A program made the translations under genes and the position numbers. This document shows, in pieces, positions 39,929 to 48,575 of a stretch of 64,000 nt of DNA. This stretch comes from Bdellovibrio sp. (GTDB lineage Bacteria; Bdellovibrionota; Bdellovibrionia; Bdellovibrionales; Bdellovibrionaceae): the NCBI GenBank assembly GCA_036677065.1, contig JAKFBS010000001.1:288001-352000 (forward strand), read 5' to 3'. Numbering within the stretch: the stretch's first letter is position 1; each line of letters begins with the position of its first letter. The notes below the pieces were generated by a model, which made no database searches, was not told where the DNA came from, and was given only the letters and a program-made list of their open reading frames with translations.

Positions 39929-40384
39929 ATGGCTCATCCTTTAGTCGTTGGTGGTTTAGTAATGCTAGGTGCAGGGTTACTATTAGAAGAGGAAAAGAAA
40001 GTGAAAAAAGTTTTTATTAGTTTTGATTATGAAAATGACGAGTTTTTGAGAACGGCTTTAGTTGGCCAGGCAAAACATCCGGATACGCCTTTCGAGATTA
40101 TTGACAAATCTTTAAAGGAACCTTTTGTTGGCGATTGGAAGTCAAAAGTAAGAGCCAGAATTCAAAAAACTGATTTAGTCGTTATTATGTGCGGGCAGCG
40201 AACCCATACGGCGACTGGCGTTGCGGCTGAAGTTTTAATGGCGCAAGAGCTAGGAAAACCTTATTTTTTATTGCAGGGTTATTCGGGAAGAAATTGTACA
40301 AGACCAACGACAGCTAGATCATCCGATAAAATGTATAGCTGGACATGGGATAATCTGAAAGTACTTGTTGGAGGAGGCCGTTGA
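39929..40384 (+). CDS. TIR-domain protein (ThsB/DUF1863-like)
   Basis: KVFISFDYEND, WK.KVRARI..D.V.V.CG..T, GVAAE catalytic-position Glu, GKP, WTW. Confidence 0.85.
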   Translation: MAHPLVVGGLVMLGAGLLLEEEKKVKKVFISFDYENDEFLRTALVGQAKHPDTPFEIIDKSLKEPFVGDWKSKVRARIQKTDLVVIMCGQRTHTATGVAAEVLMAQELGKPYFLLQGYSGRNCTRPTTARSSDKMYSWTWDNLKVLVGGGR

Positions 40385-40908
40385 CGTCACCCTCCAACGA
40401 TATTTCAAAAGTATTATGGATTGATGATCCAATAAAAAATGGTTATCAGTCCGACGAACAATATCGTGAGCATATTCTTGAGCAATATAAACTTTACGTC
40501 GAAATGGCAGATCGGATAAGTAGTCGGCGCGATATCGCAAATACTTTTTTCTTAACTTTGAATGGTTTAATATTTGGGTCTTTTGGCGTATTAATTGAAA
40601 AAAGCTATGAGCTATCTCAAAAATGGGCTCTCATATTTCCATTAGCTGTTTTATTACTGCAATGTTTTTTTTGGAATAGACTTATCAACTCATTTAAACA
40701 ATTGAATGGTGTAAAATTTTATATAGTTGGGGAATTAGAAATGCGTTTACCAGCAAGTCCCTATAGAAAAGCTGAATGGGAAACACTCTTAAAGGAGGGT
40801 AAGGACCGAAAAGTTTATTGGCCTCTAACTCATGTGGAGTCCAAAATTCCGTTTATATTTGGCTTTTCATATTTAATCACTGTTATGGTGCTGTGGTTAT
40901 CCAAATAA
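40381..40908 (+). CDS. RipA-like (8xMP) small membrane protein
   Basis: LEQYKLYVEMADRISSRR..ANTFFLTLN, TM helices, QLN..KF..V.ELE.RLP; TTGA overlap with the TIR stop. Confidence 0.65.
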   Translation: MTSPSNDISKVLWIDDPIKNGYQSDEQYREHILEQYKLYVEMADRISSRRDIANTFFLTLNGLIFGSFGVLIEKSYELSQKWALIFPLAVLLLQCFFWNRLINSFKQLNGVKFYIVGELEMRLPASPYRKAEWETLLKEGKDRKVYWPLTHVESKIPFIFGFSYLITVMVLWLSK

Positions 40909-41018
40909 GATGGTAGCTATGTTTCCCGTCGATGTAGTTGTTGGATTTCTTTTAACAAGTTTGTCGATTAATTCTAAAAAATCATGTGAAATAATAGAAA
41001 CTTGCTTCGGAGGCTTTA

Positions 41019-42170
41019 ATGTCAAAAAATATAGTTATTTGTTGTGATGGTACGGCTAACCAGTACGGTAAAAACAATACGAATGTTGTGAAGCTTTATG
41101 AAATGATTCAGATTAGTGAAAATCAACTCAATTTTTATGATCCAGGTGTAGGCACTTCATCAAGAGCATTGTTTCTTCCTTTTAGAAAGCTCAGCAATGC
41201 CCTTTCTCAAGGCCTGGGTTTAGATTTGAATAAAAACGTAGAAGAAGCTTATTTGTATTTAATGAATTGCTATGAAGAGGGCGATAAAATTTTCTTATTT
41301 GGATTTAGTCGTGGTGCCCATACAGTAAGACGCCTAGCTGATGTAATTGGTAAATGTGGTTTATTATATCGTGGCAGCGATAATATGGTTTCGTATGTTT
41401 TGCGAATGTATGAACGTGATGAATCTCAAGAAGTGGTAAATTTGTTTCGAGATACGTATACGAAGAAATGCCCAGTACATTTTCTTGGTGTCTGGGATAC
41501 TGTTTCTGCTTTGACAAAACTAATGCCTCGTTCGAAATTAGATGGAAAGTTAAGTAATGAAATTAAATATGCGTATCATGCTGTTTCGATTGATGAAAAA
41601 AGACTACAATTTCCACCTAATCTTTTTGATAAAAGCAGTATCAGTTCAAATCAAACAGTAGAAGAGGTTTGGTTTGCAGGAGTTCATTCTGATATTGGTG
41701 GATTTTATGAAGAGCGCGGGCTTTCAAATATTGCTCTTAAGTGGATGTTTGAAAAAGCCATCGCGGTTGGACTTGTTGAACATGCAGATACTAGCGCAAA
41801 AATTCAAACAGATGCTCATGATAAAATACATGAATCTTGGTCTGGATTTTTTTGGTTCGTACCATGGCATATGTACGGTGTACTTGCGCTAATAGCTTTA
41901 TTTATTTTTCAAGTTGTGATTTCGTATTTAGGACTTTTTTGGGAGCTGCCGTATCGGCCTCTTTACAGTATATGGAACTTTTTGAAAGATAACTGGATTC
42001 ATGTGTTAGCGATAATCGTGTTGTTAATTCCATGTACAAAAAAACGACGTACAATTCCAAAAGGTGCAAAAATTCACATAAGTGTTAAAGAACGCATCGC
42101 AAATAAAAACTATAAGCCTAAAAATTTAATAAAACTTATTCAATCTAAAGAAGTCGAGTTTGTTGATTAG
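41019..42170 (+). CDS. DUF2235 / Tle1-like alpha-beta hydrolase (phospholipase) with C-terminal TM helices
   Basis: CCDGT, TNV, YDPGVGT, GFSRGA, GVWDTV, HAVSIDE, WFAGVHSDIGG. Confidence 0.88.
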   Translation: MSKNIVICCDGTANQYGKNNTNVVKLYEMIQISENQLNFYDPGVGTSSRALFLPFRKLSNALSQGLGLDLNKNVEEAYLYLMNCYEEGDKIFLFGFSRGAHTVRRLADVIGKCGLLYRGSDNMVSYVLRMYERDESQEVVNLFRDTYTKKCPVHFLGVWDTVSALTKLMPRSKLDGKLSNEIKYAYHAVSIDEKRLQFPPNLFDKSSISSNQTVEEVWFAGVHSDIGGFYEERGLSNIALKWMFEKAIAVGLVEHADTSAKIQTDAHDKIHESWSGFFWFVPWHMYGVLALIALFIFQVVISYLGLFWELPYRPLYSIWNFLKDNWIHVLAIIVLLIPCTKKRRTIPKGAKIHISVKERIANKNYKPKNLIKLIQSKEVEFVD

Positions 42171-42202
42171 GTCGGACCAATCAACAAATCGACCTGTGTT
42201 GA

Positions 42203-42687
42203 TTATTTTATAATTGCGGCTGCACGGGACTGCGAAAATAACCATTTGGCAGGAATTTTATGTTTATATTGTGAATTTGGGCGATCTCGAAGGATATCTT
42301 CTTGAAGTGAACAATGGCCCCTATTTGTGCACTGAGTTTTTAAGTGAGCAGCAATTTCTTTAGGGGTTGCTAAGTATGATCGGGGCGCAGCGCCGAGAGA
42401 GACGCTGATAAACTGAACAAATACAAAAATTACATCGCTACGTTGAGCTGCCAACCATTTATCAATAGCTTGATGGTAGCTAACTCCCTTGGTTTTATAT
42501 TTTACAGCCATCCACCCGCCGTCTTGGCTTCTTTAACAGATATTGGAACTTTTGAAGAGCCTTTAACTGCTACCAAATCGTAATCAGGTTGGTTTGCTCC
42601 GTATTGCACGAGTACATCGTATCCGCATTGAGCGAGTAAAGATGTGGCGTATGCTTCGGCCGCGATTTCACATTGTCTTGGAGTCAT
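42203..42687 (-). pseudogene. Frameshifted PD-(D/E)XK-type nuclease
   Basis: Two track ORFs join across a 1-nt frameshift near 42530: E...GYDV...QPDYDLVA..ISVK|SQDGGW.AVKY... Confidence 0.6.
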
Positions 42688-42791
42688 AGTAGGCATGAGA
42701 AATGTTAACTTCATATTTTATTGCACTCAAGGCAGTATTTTTCACAGTCTTGAATGACAAAAAAATTGAGCTAGATGGCGAGATAAATGTA

Positions 42792-42837
42792 ATCTCTTGC
42801 GGACCCGGGTTCAATTCCCGGCACCTCCACCAATTTT
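42792..42837 (+). repeat. att core copy 2 (duplicated tmRNA 3' end), 46 bp
   Basis: Identical to 32437-32482. Confidence 0.95.
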
Positions 42838-42843
42838 CTAGTT

Positions 42844-42886
42844 AGAACCCGAACGTCCACGTAGGATTTTCGGGTTTTTCTTTTTT
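42844..42886 (+). terminator. Terminator, probably the ancestral ssrA terminator
   Basis: AACCCGAA...TTCGGGTT stem plus T run directly after the att copy. Confidence 0.65.
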
Positions 42887-43392
42887 CAGACATAGCGATG
42901 CATTCTTTTCTCCTGCAATTCAGCCTTAAGATCGCAACTTGTCAGTCGAAGCATTAAGATTGAACTCGAAATGCATTTCGTGTCGTGGATATCACCTGGC
43001 AAATAAATCCGGCTCTGACCCGCCGTCATTCGGTACTTTTCACGTCGAACAATTTCGACGTTACCTTGCTGCTCGATGCGCCCATAGGTTCCCATTTCTA
43101 TTTCGCCTTGTTGAACAGCGTAGATGACCCATCCGTTTCCATGATCATGAGGATGTCGATACAGCCCTTCGTTTTCTGTGTGCGCTAAAAGAATGAATCC
43201 ATGTGCGGTATCTCGATACAGCTCGCGGCTTTCATCAAGATCTCCTTGCAGAGCTGCTAGCCACGGTTCAGAAATTGGTGCATGGACAAGATCTTCAAGC
43301 AGGGCCTGGGTTTTCATAACCAGCTTTGAATCCAATGGTCCCCATATTTTGCGAACCTCTTCGATGAATTTAGTTAACGAATCTTTTTTCAT
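42886..43392 (-). CDS. Cupin / cysteine-dioxygenase-like protein
   Basis: PHDHG..W.IY and PGDIH cupin motifs. Confidence 0.7.
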   Translation of the reverse strand: MKKDSLTKFIEEVRKIWGPLDSKLVMKTQALLEDLVHAPISEPWLAALQGDLDESRELYRDTAHGFILLAHTENEGLYRHPHDHGNGWVIYAVQQGEIEMGTYGRIEQQGNVEIVRREKYRMTAGQSRIYLPGDIHDTKCISSSILMLRLTSCDLKAELQEKRMHRYV

Positions 43393-44591
43393 AAGTTCTC
43401 CTTTTTTTGATGTTTGAGTTGATGGATCAGCAGAATGACGATCAAGAAAGCCGCAATCGAGAAAGTGATTTGTAATCCATCTGAGATGTTGTGCTCAGCT
43501 GCATCGGAGACTCGCCCCATTAAATAGGTGCCACCGATCAAGCCCAGGTTGCGCGAAAGATTTAATGCACCTGCTGCGATTCCGCGATGTTCAGTACGGG
43601 CGTTTTTCATGAAGCTGTTTGAATTAGCGGACAAAAAAAGTTGGTAGCCAAAGCTTAGAAGAACTGCAGAGATTACAAATCCTAAAGATCCAAACTGCTT
43701 CGGTAAGAAAATAAATGAGATAGTTCCAGCTAATGACTGCATAAATCCGAATTTAATAATGAAGCGGTAACCGAACCGATCGACGGCGTAACCAGCAACT
43801 ATTCCCGAAAGAATTGATGTGATAGGACCCGCCGACATAACAAGACCCATGTGACGAGGATCAAGGTGTAAAGCATGAGTCAGATAAAATGGGCCGATAA
43901 TCAAAGTTGAAACCATAATGGCCGATACGACCAAATTTGAAAACAGATGCACTCTAAACGAAGAGTCAGAGCAGAATGCTTTGGCCGTTTCGAAAAAGTT
44001 ATCCTGTTGGTTGTTATGACTTGAGCTTTCACCCAGCCGAACGAACTTGAAGATTAATAAAAGAGTAAAAATTCCAAGTGCAGTCATCACAGAGAAGATT
44101 GAACGCCAGCCAAACTCTGCGATAAGAAATCCGCTGATCAACGGCCCTGTTGCGGTTCCTACGGCCGACATTGTAGCAAGGAGTCCGATGGCCCGACCCA
44201 TTCTCTGGTAAGACAAAACATCTGTTGCGATGGCAATGGGAAGTACGGCAAGTGCTGCGGCACCGATTCCTTGTATTACTCGACTGAAGATCAAGGCTGA
44301 GAATGAAAATGAAAAACTGGAAATAAACGTTCCGACACTGAACATCGCCATTCCTAAAAGAAGAATATTACGTCGTCCGTTTAGATCTCCGAGCCTGCCG
44401 GCAACAAGACTAAATAACGTGATGGCCAATAGATAAGAAAGAACGATCCATCGTACGGTCGAAAAAGAAAGTGAGAATTCCTCCGCGATGGACGGCAATG
44501 CAAGATTAGCCATGCTTGTGCCAGCCGAGACCAGAAGGGTTGATAGGGCCAGAGTTCCTACCAACATGTTTTGTTTGAATCCTAATTCCAT
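43389..44591 (-). CDS. MFS efflux transporter (DHA2-like)
   Basis: GRLGDLNGRR motif A, GP.ISG, GWR.IF; start 44591 or 44567, downstream of the MerR promoter. Confidence 0.9.
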   Translation of the reverse strand: MELGFKQNMLVGTLALSTLLVSAGTSMANLALPSIAEEFSLSFSTVRWIVLSYLLAITLFSLVAGRLGDLNGRRNILLLGMAMFSVGTFISSFSFSFSALIFSRVIQGIGAAALAVLPIAIATDVLSYQRMGRAIGLLATMSAVGTATGPLISGFLIAEFGWRSIFSVMTALGIFTLLLIFKFVRLGESSSHNNQQDNFFETAKAFCSDSSFRVHLFSNLVVSAIMVSTLIIGPFYLTHALHLDPRHMGLVMSAGPITSILSGIVAGYAVDRFGYRFIIKFGFMQSLAGTISFIFLPKQFGSLGFVISAVLLSFGYQLFLSANSNSFMKNARTEHRGIAAGALNLSRNLGLIGGTYLMGRVSDAAEHNISDGLQITFSIAAFLIVILLIHQLKHQKKENL

Positions 44592-44597
44592 GAGACC

Positions 44598-44628
44598 AGT
44601 GTGCAACCTCAAGTGAACTTGAGTTCAA
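44598..44628 (-). promoter_or_regulatory. MerR-type promoter/operator with 19-bp spacer
   Basis: TTGAAC-19-CACACT containing the dyad CCTCAAGTGAACTTGAGT (44607-44624); second degenerate dyad at 44690-44707. Confidence 0.75.
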
Positions 44629-44713
44629 GTCTATTCTGGCAAAAATAGATTATTTATTGGCTTTTATAGGTATTTGCCTTAGTCTGAGACCTAAAGTTCA
44701 GTTGAGGTTAGAC

Positions 44714-45139
44714 ATGAAATCGAATTCTATAAACAAAACGCTCGACATTGGTGACGTAGTTCAGTTGTCAGGGGTGCCCCCTTCGACACTTCGCTTTTAT
44801 GAAGAGAAGGGCTTAATCCGGTCAACGGGCCGTCATGGGCTAAGAAGGCTTTTCAACGCTCATGTCTTACAACAACTGGAGTTCATTGCGCTGGGAAAAC
44901 ACGCTGGTCTGTCTTTAGAAGACATTGCCTCGATGTTTACGACCGAAGGCGAACTTCAGGTCAGCAGAAAGTTTCTTTTCGAGAAGGCCAATGAAATGGA
45001 AAAGAGCATTCGTAAGCTGACTGCAGTTCGTAGCACTCTTTTGCATGTAGCAAAGTGTTCTGCACCCAATCATATGGAATGTCCTAAGTTTCAACGCTTA
45101 CTACGAGTCGCCGGTAAAAAGAAACATTCTCGCAGGTAG
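44714..45139 (+). CDS. MerR-family regulator
   Basis: LDIGDV...STLRFYEEKGLI HTH; C-terminal CSAPNHMECP. Confidence 0.9.
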   Translation: MKSNSINKTLDIGDVVQLSGVPPSTLRFYEEKGLIRSTGRHGLRRLFNAHVLQQLEFIALGKHAGLSLEDIASMFTTEGELQVSRKFLFEKANEMEKSIRKLTAVRSTLLHVAKCSAPNHMECPKFQRLLRVAGKKKHSRR

Positions 45140-45213
45140 GTTGAGAAAGATCCGCTCTAGGGGGTTCGACAATCGAGAACCCAGATATCCACGAGGCTTC
45201 CTGGGGTAGCATT

Positions 45214-45408
45214 TTATTTGTAAGACAGAGGACAAGTGTTGAATCCAAAGATTTTATAGAGCGGACAAAAGCCGGCCAATCCCGTTACAAGTGGGACAAG
45301 ACCCACTAACCCCCACATCGTTTGAGGCCCGACGAAGACAAGGCTTAGTAACCCTAGACCAACCACTGTTCGTAGAGTTCGATCCATTTTTCCTTCATTT
45401 GTTTTCAT
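45214..45408 (-). CDS. DUF2892 / YgaP-like membrane protein
   Basis: N.G..DR..R, GFCPLY..FGFNTC. Confidence 0.88.
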   Translation of the reverse strand: MKTNEGKMDRTLRTVVGLGLLSLVFVGPQTMWGLVGLVPLVTGLAGFCPLYKIFGFNTCPLSYK

Positions 45409-45866
45409 AATGGCTCCTTTTTATTCGTTTCAAAATTTGCCGTACCGAAACCAATTTCGGTTCCGTTCAGAACAATTTTATATTCAATCGGAAGTGCTTT
45501 CGAAAGCATTGCGCTTACACCGCAGTACTTGGTTTGTGATAGAGTGACCGCCTCGATTAGCTTGTCGGCATCGATGGAGCCGTTGACGACAAATTTCAGC
45601 ACTGCTTTTTCAAAGACGATCGGGTGTCCTGCCGTTGAGGGCTGAACATCTATGTCGATCTGAAAACTTTCTGGCGGTTGTTTATATTTTTTCAAAAGGG
45701 CGATGACATCCATAGCAGTGCATCCGCCAAGCCCCATGGCAACAAGCTCTTTAGGCGTTGCTGCAGAATCTTTTCCAATAGGTGCTTTGGCATCCATACG
45801 CATAACGTGTGGGCCTGCGGTTCCTTCGAACTCCATAGCATCTTTCCAGATAACAGTTGTTTTCAT
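45405..45866 (-). CDS. OsmC-family protein
   Basis: PKEL...LGGCTAMDV and KYCGV motifs. Confidence 0.9.
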   Translation of the reverse strand: MKTTVIWKDAMEFEGTAGPHVMRMDAKAPIGKDSAATPKELVAMGLGGCTAMDVIALLKKYKQPPESFQIDIDVQPSTAGHPIVFEKAVLKFVVNGSIDADKLIEAVTLSQTKYCGVSAMLSKALPIEYKIVLNGTEIGFGTANFETNKKEPL

Positions 45867-46165
45867 TTTTACTCCGATTGGGTTTTCTAACGCAAATTAC
45901 GCGCCACTGTGTGTTCTTGTGGGTGCGTTCTTGGTTTAGTTATTGAGTCAAGTTGTCACAAGCTTTGACATCGTGTCTCGCTGAACTTTTCTAGCTGACC
46001 GGAACCAAAAAAGAGAAATTTTTAAAACTTTGGAATCACCAATATGAAAAATGGGCAGAGAAAGTAGTAGAAGTTGCTGAGCTAGTTAAGCCTCGCCTAC
46101 GCTATCTTGTAGGCAAGGATGCAAAAATTCTTTTTTTGATAAGAGAATGCGTTCACAATTAAAGC

Positions 46166-46540
46166 TTAGCTGATACCCGAAGTAAGTATTTCACGTGGGC
46201 TAAGGGCTTCGACGGCTATGTTATGAATTGCTTCGCTAACGGTTGTGCAGGCATCTGCAACGATTGACACTTTGTACTTTTCAGCCTTCTTAGAAAGAGC
46301 GGTGTGAGTCACGCAGTTTTGAGTCATCATTCCACACAGCACAATGTGTTCGACACCGAGCTTATCTAAGACAGCTTCAAGTTCTGTTTTGTGAAATGAG
46401 TCGGCGTACTGTTTGTTGATCACAGGCGCACCCGGAGCAGCGTCGAGAATTTTTTGGTGTGTCATGGCGCCGCTGCTTGCAAGAGTGAAGAGTGGAGCAT
46501 CAGCACTAAGAACATGTTGAATAAGCCCACCGGGAATATT
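46166..46540 (-). pseudogene. N-terminally truncated isochorismatase-family hydrolase
   Basis: Open frame IPGGLIQHV...K..ADSF...GMMTQNCV begins right after a stop at 46541-46543; the N-terminal LLVID motif is missing. Confidence 0.7.
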
Positions 46541-46677
46541 TTAGTATCTATTTCAGTGTCCAATAATGCCCATGACTAAGAACGTCGTATCTTTAAAATT
46601 GCTTCTTAGCGAATTCATCGCCATTTCGTAATGGTGTCAAGTTTGCAGAAAGACTTAGAATAAATGGAGGACTAGCT

Positions 46678-47169
46678 ATGTCGTCAAAAATTGGAAGCGG
46701 AATAAAAGCAGGTGTTTTTGCTGGGATTTTTTTTGGAGTGATGATGCAGGTGATGACGGCTCCGACGCCAGAGGGCACAACAGTTCCAATGATGGCGATG
46801 GTTGCTAAGATTGTGGGTTCTTCTAGCTTGGCTGTCGGGTGGATTTATCATCTTTTCAATAGTGCAGTTATCGGTGGGATTTTCGGATGGCTGTTAAGTC
46901 GGCCAAGTAGCATCACCTACTCTAAAGGCATCGCATGGGGCGCAGCCTACGGTGTTTTGTGGTGGGTCTTAGGTGGTCTAATCCTTATGCCAATGTTTCT
47001 CGGTATGTCGGCTTTTGCGCCACTTATGATGGAACCTATGCGGCCAGTCGCGTGGGGAAGTCTTATTGGACATTTGCTGTACGGCCTAATTCTTGGCGGA
47101 ATGTTCGTCTGGATGGAGCGCCCCGAGCGAAGTTATGCAGGACTAGATCAAAAAATCAGTCCGGTTTAA
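46678..47169 (+). CDS. Four-TM membrane protein
   Basis: GWIYHL and SLIGHLLYG motifs, GGAGG RBS. Confidence 0.75.
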   Translation: MSSKIGSGIKAGVFAGIFFGVMMQVMTAPTPEGTTVPMMAMVAKIVGSSSLAVGWIYHLFNSAVIGGIFGWLLSRPSSITYSKGIAWGAAYGVLWWVLGGLILMPMFLGMSAFAPLMMEPMRPVAWGSLIGHLLYGLILGGMFVWMERPERSYAGLDQKISPV

Positions 47170-47183
47170 TTTTTCACCGCGCT

Positions 47184-47211
47184 TCTTGAAGGTCTATTCA
47201 GGCCTTCAAGA
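47184..47211. terminator. Hairpin between convergent genes
   Basis: TCTTGAAGG...CCTTCAAGA. Confidence 0.55.
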
Positions 47212-47213
47212 CT

Positions 47214-48197
47214 TTAACGGCGATCAATTGTAATATAAACGAAAGTTTGATTCAGCAGCATGTAGGCAATTTCTCCGAAGGTCATAGCACTGACTATATC
47301 TCCAGATTTTTTTCCTTCAAGATTTGCATAAAGAAAATTAAGAATACAATTACACGCAAATAGGGGCGATTCGATTTTCTGATTTTTTAGAGCAGATTCA
47401 AATTCTTTCTCATAATTATCGAAAGGCTTTGCCAGTTTATAGGTAACACCGGGAAAAACCGGCGCGTAGAATCTGACTTTTTTAGTGCTAGGATCTACAT
47501 CTCGAAAGCTTACGTTAATCATCGCGCCCATATAGTCTGCAACCAGCGGCAATTTTAGATCAATCTTATTTTCTTCAATATAAGACGCTAACGATATTTG
47601 TTTTCCGTTTACAAAGGCTAAGTCGGTTTCAAATCCAGTGTTTTCAAAGGTAATTGAGTCGCCATTATTTTGTTCGAAAATATTAATTATATTTGCTGAA
47701 ACTGAAAATTCTTTAGATAACTGAGCGTGCATGACAAGCGCTCTATCTGAAATCAATTCTCCTGTTTTTCCATTCATAACTTTTGGAGTATCTGACGAAA
47801 TACTTAAGTCAGTTCCAGTAATCCAGCCAACCAAGGGTTGATTGAATACACCTGGCCAAGTTGAACACTCTTTCGCGAATTTTAGATGCACATCAGAAAA
47901 TGCAGGTATAACAATTAAACTAAAACCATTATCAAAATAATTTGATGGTATCTCAGGTAAAGTGCTTTCACTGTAAGAGACAATCGAGATTTTTTCAATT
48001 TGTTCAGGAAGCTGAGTTACAAGAATTTTTTCATGTGAAATTATTCCGCCGGCTTCTGTCATAAAATAGGGGATAGTTCCGCCTATCCAGTTTCCCTTAG
48101 GAAGTTGCGATAAACATTGTTCACTTCCTGCGATGTAAAGATTAGCTCCGCTTAGGATTAAAGTAGATACTTCAGCTAAAGATAACATTTTAGTCAT
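47214..48197 (-). CDS. DUF6976-like (FIST-like) protein
   Basis: LPKGNWIGGTIPYFM, FYAPVF, CNCILNF, TFGEIAY.LLNQT. Confidence 0.65.
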   Translation of the reverse strand: MTKMLSLAEVSTLILSGANLYIAGSEQCLSQLPKGNWIGGTIPYFMTEAGGIISHEKILVTQLPEQIEKISIVSYSESTLPEIPSNYFDNGFSLIVIPAFSDVHLKFAKECSTWPGVFNQPLVGWITGTDLSISSDTPKVMNGKTGELISDRALVMHAQLSKEFSVSANIINIFEQNNGDSITFENTGFETDLAFVNGKQISLASYIEENKIDLKLPLVADYMGAMINVSFRDVDPSTKKVRFYAPVFPGVTYKLAKPFDNYEKEFESALKNQKIESPLFACNCILNFLYANLEGKKSGDIVSAMTFGEIAYMLLNQTFVYITIDRR

Positions 48198-48436
48198 AAT
48201 TCACCTTCAGTAGGCTTTCCAAATAGAAGAACTATGTCATTACATACAACATTAGAATTTTGCGAAAAAAAATCATGAGCAACTTTAATTGCTTCTTCAA
48301 TTTTTTGTGGAGTTTTATCTCTTGCTAAAATTCTTACTCGCATCATGAGCATTTTTGTAGGTAAAGCTTGAAAATTTAAAGCATCATCCCCAAGAACTAT
48401 TTGTTTCCAGCGAGGATCTGACTTTGGAGGCACCAT
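48194..48436 (-). CDS. Small hypothetical protein coupled to the DUF6976-like gene
   Basis: 80 aa, GGAG RBS, 4-nt overlap with the next gene. Confidence 0.6.
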   Translation of the reverse strand: MVPPKSDPRWKQIVLGDDALNFQALPTKMLMMRVRILARDKTPQKIEEAIKVAHDFFSQNSNVVCNDIVLLFGKPTEGEL

Positions 48437-48543
48437 TTTTTATCTCCGATCAACCAGTATGCATTTTCTGATCAAAATGAGACATTTTCAAAATTATTTT
48501 TCATTTAGAGCAAAAATCAAGACTAACGCCCTCTAAAACTATC

Positions 48544-48570
48544 TTAATTCGGTAGCAGGCTAACCGATAT
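48544..48570 (+). promoter_or_regulatory. Sigma28/FliA-like promoter
   Basis: TTAA-N15-ACCGATAT just upstream of the kinase ATG. Confidence 0.5.
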
Positions 48571-48575
48571 GATAT

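Larger units (their letters stand above)
32437..42837. mobile_element. tmRNA-integrated genomic island, ~10.4 kb, no intact integrase
   Basis: Flanking 46-bp direct repeat, recombinase remnant, visibly AT-richer cargo of defence-type and orphan genes. Confidence 0.88.

Noticed and set aside
39929..42170. Calling the TIR operon canonical Thoeris or CBASS
   Set aside because: No SIR2-SLOG or Macro ThsA and no CD-NTase are recognisable in the locus.
42792..42832. tRNA-like T-arm and CCA end
   Set aside because: No 5' half or anticodon arm; it is the duplicated tmRNA end (att site).
44714..45139. soxR assignment
   Set aside because: Only two Cys; lacks the CxxCGCxxxxxC cluster motif.
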